Below, piece by piece: positions 57,040-64,000 of a stretch of DNA of 64,000 nt. Below the pieces are notes generated by a model. The model ran no database searches. It was not told the DNA's origin and saw only the letters and a list, made by a program, of their open reading frames with translations. A program made the translations under genes and the position numbers. Source of the stretch: Longimicrobiales bacterium (GTDB taxonomy: Bacteria > Gemmatimonadota > Gemmatimonadetes > Longimicrobiales > Gaopeijiaceae); contig OZ242008.1 of assembly GCA_965204735.1 (NCBI GenBank), positions 1,216,001 to 1,280,000 of the forward strand, written 5' to 3'. Numbering within the stretch: position 1 is the stretch's first letter; each line of letters starts with the position of its first letter.

Positions 57040-57285
57040 CGGCGGGCGAACCTTCGAGCGTGGCGGGAGAGGGCGACGACGGCCAGCGGCGCGGCGACGC
57101 CTGCGACGGGACGGAGCGTGAGCGCTCGACCCAAAGGCCAGCGGTCGACCCGAAGGCCGCGGGCGGTTGACCCAAGGCCACGGGCGTGGACAGCTTAAGT
57201 TGGGGAAGCAGTCCGGGCGGCCCCGTTGAAGATCGGCCGCTTGCCGAAAAGGTCCAGGACCTGGAAGGAGGAGCCGGCACGTCGG

Positions 57286-58710
57286 ATGGGAGTGGCGAAG
57301 GTGCTTTTCATTCGGCGCGCTCGGACCTGCCCCGGTGCGCGGGACCCCGAGATGAGGGGGCGCACCTATGCGATTCCGTTCGTTGCAGTGTGGAATGCGG
57401 CGCTGTCCCTGGCGGACGGGGGGCTGAAGGGATGGGAGATCGTGGGTTCGGACGACTTGGCCGGGGTGATCGAAGTCGACGCGACGAGCAGGGCGCTTTC
57501 CTTGCCGGCCAGGATCGTCGTCTCCGTCGGCCTGGACGCCGACGCCCAGACCCGAGTGGACCTGGAGGCGGAGGGGCGCCACATGGGAGGCGACCTGGGC
57601 GTCAACGTTCGACGGATCAAGCGCTTCGTGCGCGCGCTGGACGAGCTGCTGAGCGCTCGACCTGGACAGACTCCGCGCGCGGTCCTCGCCGCCCCTGCGG
57701 AACCGACCCGCAGGGAGTCGGCCGTCCTTGCGCCAACCCTGGCGGCGGCTCTTCTCCTGTTGCCTGCGGGCTGCTACCCCGGCGAGGACGCCGGCGGCCC
57801 GGCCGACCGGCGCGAGGGAGACGGCGACGCCGCTGTCGCACCCGTCATCGAGTCCGGCGAGACCTACCTGCGCACCGTCCTCTTCATGGACACGTCCCGC
57901 GACACCTCCATGTTCGTGCAGTGGGAGTGGGAAGCGCGCCTCGACTCGGGGGGCGTCCGGCGAACGATCCGGGGATGGCTCGGTCGAGTTTGGAGCACGC
58001 CGGCGCTCGGCGACGACGTTCGCGACGGCGGAAGCTGGGACCACTTCGCCACGGACGCCTGGACTTCCCGCCACGTCGGGCGGGAGTGGTGGCGCATCCG
58101 GCCCAGGGGCTGGGCGCGCCTCGTCATGGGCCCCGGCAACGTCCTTCAGGAAGTCTACTACCGCCAGCCGGACGAGGACCGGTTCCTTTCCGTCGCCTTG
58201 GGCGAGGCCGTCGCCGAGTGGCGCGGCCGGCGGGGAGAGCGCTATCAGGTTCTCCGGGGCAAGGCCGTGCTCGCGGACATGGAGATGGACGGGCTGGCGC
58301 TGGACGTGTCCGTTTCCCGATCCGCCAGTGCCGAAGGGCCGGCGGAGTGGGCACTTCTGGCCGGCGCGGACAGCCTCGTCGTGCTGCTCGTCGATCCCGA
58401 GGGTCCCGGTCCCCACCGCGCCTGGGCCCTTCGCGGGCTTCAGGAGATGTCCTGGTCGGAGGTGAGCGCCGAGTGGACGGAGGCGACGGCGTTGGACGGG
58501 AACCGGCGGATGGTTCCCGTGAAGTGGCAGCTCGCTTCGGACGACGGCGAGCTTCGGGGACACCTGGAGTCCACCAAGTCGTCGATCTTGTCGTTGGCGG
58601 GCGCCGGCCTCCTCTCGACCCTCGTGAGCGTCCAGGAAGTAGCCGGCGAAGTGACGGTCGAAGGGGCGCAGATCCCGGTCCGGGGCTTCCTGCGGCACGC
58701 CCAGCGATGA
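57286..58710 (+). CDS. DUF1499-like N-terminal domain joined to an internal lipobox and an unknown beta-rich domain
   Basis: GGAGG RBS; TRVD...GDLGVNVRRIKRF, then AAALLLLPAGC. Confidence 0.6.
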   Translation: MGVAKVLFIRRARTCPGARDPEMRGRTYAIPFVAVWNAALSLADGGLKGWEIVGSDDLAGVIEVDATSRALSLPARIVVSVGLDADAQTRVDLEAEGRHMGGDLGVNVRRIKRFVRALDELLSARPGQTPRAVLAAPAEPTRRESAVLAPTLAAALLLLPAGCYPGEDAGGPADRREGDGDAAVAPVIESGETYLRTVLFMDTSRDTSMFVQWEWEARLDSGGVRRTIRGWLGRVWSTPALGDDVRDGGSWDHFATDAWTSRHVGREWWRIRPRGWARLVMGPGNVLQEVYYRQPDEDRFLSVALGEAVAEWRGRRGERYQVLRGKAVLADMEMDGLALDVSVSRSASAEGPAEWALLAGADSLVVLLVDPEGPGPHRAWALRGLQEMSWSEVSAEWTEATALDGNRRMVPVKWQLASDDGELRGHLESTKSSILSLAGAGLLSTLVSVQEVAGEVTVEGAQIPVRGFLRHAQR

Positions 58711-58765
58711 CCCCTCTTCCGGCGGCACGCCCGGCGGCGGCGGCCTCCCGTCGGACGGCGGTCCG

Positions 58766-60322
58766 GTGAGCGAGGAGCTGCTGCGGGGGATCGTCACCGT
58801 GGTCGGCGGCGCGGTTGCTGGCGGGCTCACCAACACGGTGGCGATCTGGATGCTCTTCCACCCGACGCGCCCTCCAGCCGTGCTGGGCCGGTCGATCCGG
58901 GCGCTCCAGGGGGCGATCCCGAAGAACCAGCCGCGACTGGCCAAGGCGATCGGCAATACCGTGGGGCGCCGTCTCCTGACCCAAGACGACCTTGCCCGCG
59001 TCTTCGGCGAACCCGCCTTCCGATCGGCCTTCGACCAGAAGCTGGACGACTTTCTCCGCCAGTTGCTGGAGGTGGAACGGGGCTCGTTGCGCGAGATCCT
59101 GGGTCCCGAGGGCGCGGCCAAGGCCGACCGGATCGCCGGCAAGGCGCTCGACCATGCGCTGCCCCGGCTGCGCGAGTACGTGGCGTCGGCCGCCTTCGAG
59201 TCCGCCGTCCAGGCCAAGGCGGGGGCTCTGGCCGCGTTCGTGGCCGACGCCTCGGCGGGCGACGTGCTGACCAGCGACCGACTGACCCGGATCGAGGACG
59301 CCGCGGCCGCGTGGATGGAACGGGCGGTCTCCGGCGACGGCTTTCGGGACGTCGTGGACGACTACGTCCGCCAAGGCGCCGGGAAGCTGCTGGCGTCGGA
59401 GGCGACCTTGGGGGAAGTGCTGCCGCCCAGCGTGCGGGACGCGCTGGCCAGGGCGGTGGCGGGGTACCTGCCGGCGGTCGTCCAGCAGCTGGGAAAGATG
59501 CTGGAGAGCCCGGCTTCCAGAACGCGCTTCGAGACGACCGTGCGCGAGATGCTGGGGCGGTTCAAGGACGACTTGAAGCTGCACCAGAAGGTGATGGCCA
59601 AGCTGGTCTTGAAGGACGACATGGTGGGGCGCGCGCTCGACGCCCTGGAGGCCGACGGCGTGAACCGGATCGCCGAGCTCCTTCGGGAGCGCGCCGTTCA
59701 GAGGGACACGGCGAAGTGGATTCGCGAAGCCTTGGACCGGCCCCTGAACCAGATCCTGGGCGACCCGGAGGACCCGTCGCTGGCCGGCTCCCTGGACACG
59801 GCGGTGGAGTGGATCGTGGACTTGGCCCGGGCGCCCGCGACCCGGGCGTTCGTCGCCGAGAGGCTCGCGGCTTTCCTGGAACGCGCTTCGGAGCGCACTT
59901 GGGGCGAACTCGCCGGCGGCATCTCGCCGCAACGCGCGTCGGCGCTGGTGGTGGAGGCGGCCCGCAGCGAGATGGCGGACTCGCTCTGCCGGGAAGGTGC
60001 CCAGCGACTGGCGGCCTTCGCGCTCGATCGACCCATCGGCCGACCCGCCCGCCTTCTCCCCGGCAACACGGTCGAGCGCGTCCGGCAGGCTGCCGGCGAC
60101 CCCATGTGGAGCTGGATGCAGGGCCAGGTCCCGAAGGTCGTGGCCAAGGTGGACGTGGCCAAGCAGGTCGAGGACAAGGTCAGGGAGTTCCCCGTCAAGG
60201 ACCTGGAGACCCTGGTGCGCCGAGTGACGGAGCGGGAGCTGAAGATGATCGTGTGGCTGGGCTACGGCCTAGGCGCGTTCGTCGGCGCATTCCTGGTCGG
60301 CGTCAACTGGCTTTGGGGCTGA
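58766..60322 (+). CDS. DUF445 family membrane protein
   Basis: GGLTNTVAIWMLFHP N-terminus and ELKMIVWLGYGLG C-terminus. Confidence 0.88.
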   Translation: MSEELLRGIVTVVGGAVAGGLTNTVAIWMLFHPTRPPAVLGRSIRALQGAIPKNQPRLAKAIGNTVGRRLLTQDDLARVFGEPAFRSAFDQKLDDFLRQLLEVERGSLREILGPEGAAKADRIAGKALDHALPRLREYVASAAFESAVQAKAGALAAFVADASAGDVLTSDRLTRIEDAAAAWMERAVSGDGFRDVVDDYVRQGAGKLLASEATLGEVLPPSVRDALARAVAGYLPAVVQQLGKMLESPASRTRFETTVREMLGRFKDDLKLHQKVMAKLVLKDDMVGRALDALEADGVNRIAELLRERAVQRDTAKWIREALDRPLNQILGDPEDPSLAGSLDTAVEWIVDLARAPATRAFVAERLAAFLERASERTWGELAGGISPQRASALVVEAARSEMADSLCREGAQRLAAFALDRPIGRPARLLPGNTVERVRQAAGDPMWSWMQGQVPKVVAKVDVAKQVEDKVREFPVKDLETLVRRVTERELKMIVWLGYGLGAFVGAFLVGVNWLWG

Positions 60323-60637
60323 CGAAGGAGCCCGGTCCCGCTCCCTCCGCGCGGCCTCGACGGCGCCGAAGGCGGTCTGGAAAGGAGCTCGTCCCCCGCG
60401 ACGACGCACCGAAGCGCGCTGCGCCGCCGAGAGGAGCCCGTCGACGAGGGTGAAGTGCCGCTTCACGGACTTGCTTTCCGCGCTTCTCGCCAGCGCTCCC
60501 TCCAGCTCCGCCAAGTGGCGCGGGTCGTGGGCGCCGGTGCGGGTCCGGCGACGGCCCGTCCCGTGCTTCCCGGGCAGGCCCAGCCACACCCCGAGCAGGA
60601 AGGCGACCACGGCGCCGAGAACGAAGTAGACGGTCAT
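60269..60637 (-). CDS. Hypothetical single-TM protein
   Basis: ATGA overlap with the TerB-family gene; N-terminal TM. Confidence 0.5.
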   Translation of the reverse strand: MTVYFVLGAVVAFLLGVWLGLPGKHGTGRRRTRTGAHDPRHLAELEGALARSAESKSVKRHFTLVDGLLSAAQRASVRRRGGRAPFQTAFGAVEAARRERDRAPSSAPKPVDADQECADERA

Positions 60638-61311
60638 GCGGGCCGCCGCTCCGCGCCGCCGCGCGCCGGGTCGCTGCCGCGCGCGGGACCGGAGCCGGCG
60701 TCGGCGTTCGCGTCGGGGCCGGCGGCAGAGGCGCCGTTCGGGCCGGCGGGCGAGGCGTTCGCGTCCGGTCCGGCGGCAGATGCATTCGCGTCGGGTCCGG
60801 CGGCAGATGTGTTCGCGTCCGGTCCGGCCAAGGGCGCCGCCTCTTTCCCCCGCGCCGACTCGTGACGCTTGCGCGCTTCGGAGAGGTAGCCGGGCTTGAG
60901 CGCCAGCAGACCCGACAGCTTCCGCATGATGTAGTCCTCCCGACCGACCAGGTCGCCGTCGGCCAGCACCAGTCCCCACATCGCCTCCGCCAACACCATC
61001 TTCTGGCCCACCGAGTAGTGGTCCCGGATCAGGGCAGTGAAGCCCCAAAGGTCCACCCTCCTCCGGCGCTCGTCGTCGGCCAGGGCGATCAGCTCCTCCG
61101 CCTCCTCCGGCTTGAGCCCGAAGTGGCGTCTCACCAAGCTGCGCAGATGTCGCCGCTCGTCGGCGCTGAAGTAGTCGTCGGCGTACGCCACCTCCAGAAG
61201 CAGGGCGCACGCTGCGATCCGCAGCTCCTCCGGGCCGACGCCCTCGGAGAACTCCGCCTCGGGCGCCGAAGCCACTCCCCCGTGGAGAAAGGCCCTGAGC
61301 CGCTCGATCAT
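60634..61311 (-). CDS. TerB family protein with a C-terminal AGPDANASA repeat tail
   Basis: ACALLLEVAYAD and MWGLVLADG motifs. Confidence 0.85.
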   Translation of the reverse strand: MIERLRAFLHGGVASAPEAEFSEGVGPEELRIAACALLLEVAYADDYFSADERRHLRSLVRRHFGLKPEEAEELIALADDERRRRVDLWGFTALIRDHYSVGQKMVLAEAMWGLVLADGDLVGREDYIMRKLSGLLALKPGYLSEARKRHESARGKEAAPLAGPDANTSAAGPDANASAAGPDANASPAGPNGASAAGPDANADAGSGPARGSDPARGGAERRPA

Positions 61312-61685
61312 CGGGACCGCTCCCCGTCCGGGGCGCGCCGGCACTCGTCGCGCACCCACGCCAAGTAAGCCGCGGAGCCCCCCGCCACGTCGTGGACCAG
61401 TAGCTCGGGCACCTCGTACGGATGCAGCTCCTCCGCCCGTTCCAAGAGCCGTGCCGCCGACTCCCGCGCGCTCTTCATCACCACGACGACCTCTTCGTCG
61501 CGCTGCACCTTCCCCTCCCACCGGTAGAGGCTGGTGGCCCCCGGCAGGACGTTCCCGCACGCCACCAGCCCCTCGTCCAGCAGCCGGCGCACGATCCTTT
61601 CGGCCGTGGGCGCGTCGGGCGCCGTCATGAGAACCGTGACGACGCCGACAGACTCGGCGGCGGTCCCGTCGCGACGTCCGGTCAA
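61308..61685 (-). CDS. cutA: Divalent-cation tolerance protein CutA
   Basis: LVACGN, SLYRWEG, HPYEVPE and YLAWV motifs; start approximate. Confidence 0.9.
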   Translation of the reverse strand: MTGRRDGTAAESVGVVTVLMTAPDAPTAERIVRRLLDEGLVACGNVLPGATSLYRWEGKVQRDEEVVVVMKSARESAARLLERAEELHPYEVPELLVHDVAGGSAAYLAWVRDECRRAPDGERSR

Positions 61686-61723
61686 GGCGTGCCCGGCGGC
61701 GCAGCCCGGCTCCGCGCTTCTCG

Positions 61724-63571
<1,848 letters not shown>

Positions 63572-63576
63572 GGCGC

Positions 63577-63999
63577 CTACACTCCCTCCAGGACGATCTC
63601 CACCGGAACGTCCCGCCTCAGGGAAAACAGAACGGAGCAGTACTTCTGCCGGGACAGCTCGATCGCGCGCTCCACCTTGGAGCGGTCGTCGGGAGCGACC
63701 CCGGCCACCCGAACCACCAGGCGCAGGGCGGTGTAGCATCGCGGCGGCTCGTCCGCGCGCTCTCCTTGGGCCTCCACGTCGAGGGCGTCGAGGGGCACCC
63801 TGCCCTTCTCCAGGATCGCCCTCACGTCGATGGCCATGCAGCCCGCCACCGCCATCAGCACCAAGTCCATGGGAGACGGTCCGACGGCGGCGTCGCCGTC
63901 CACGACGAGCTGGGGTCCGCCGACCGGGCCGCCGTCGAACGTCGTCCCCGACCCCGTCCACGACAGTCGGACCTCCTTGTCGAACTTCGCGTCCGGGCG
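63577..63999 (-). CDS. OsmC family protein, 5'-truncated by the window edge
   Basis: PSPMDLVLMAVAGC and KYCSV motifs; frame open to the end of the window. Confidence 0.88.
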   Translation of the reverse strand, partial: RPDAKFDKEVRLSWTGSGTTFDGGPVGGPQLVVDGDAAVGPSPMDLVLMAVAGCMAIDVRAILEKGRVPLDALDVEAQGERADEPPRCYTALRLVVRVAGVAPDDRSKVERAIELSRQKYCSVLFSLRRDVPVEIVLEGV

Positions 64000-64000
64000 C

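Noticed and set aside
50190..57280. Apparent giant ORFs 50190-55082 and 53957-57280 (also 4163-6883, 8564-11914, 10060-13833, 56035-59217, 61308-63422) as fusions
   Set aside because: Only the 3' portion has recognisable motifs and a plausible internal start; the rest is shadow frame. In PhoR-PstS, by contrast, both halves are real domains

Overview
High-GC bacterial window. The gene repertoire (VPS10-like protein, carboxypeptidase-regulatory/plug proteins, DUF445, many LRR and CARDB surface proteins) suggests a Gemmatimonadota, possibly a sponge-type symbiont; this is inference only. Layout: (1) 1-17.0 kb, housekeeping genes: VPS10-like protein, M16 protease, FAD oxidase, two divergent NTT/AAA-type MFS paralogs, two tandem GT-C glycosyltransferases, glutaryl-CoA dehydrogenase, isocitrate/isopropylmalate dehydrogenase, msrB. 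(2) 17.1-21.0 kb, a defence-like patch: vapBC, an Rpn nuclease with a likely intragenic RpnS start, a methyltransferase remnant and an AAA_14-DUF4143 ATPase. (3) A ~27 kb accessory island (19.7-46.4 kb, overlapping the end of that patch) bracketed by two diverged direct copies of a small coiled-coil gene plus leader. It holds an HTH regulator with an in-frame G36 tract, a five-gene Tol/Ton-like operon (SH3 protein, PG-binding/charged-helix/LRR protein, MotA/TolQ/ExbB, plug protein, vWA partner), CARDB/LRR/PPC repeat surface proteins and metallopeptidases, an IS1380, a lipase and PhoD. One GTCA-N7-GTCA promoter-like motif recurs upstream of three gene blocks. (4) 47-64 kb, core genes including a pho operon in which PhoR and PstS form one continuous ORF. 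The best candidates for something new are the PhoR-PstS fusion and the island's motor-like operon with its shared promoter motif and possibly phase-variable regulator. All family calls come from motif recognition by eye; no searches were run.
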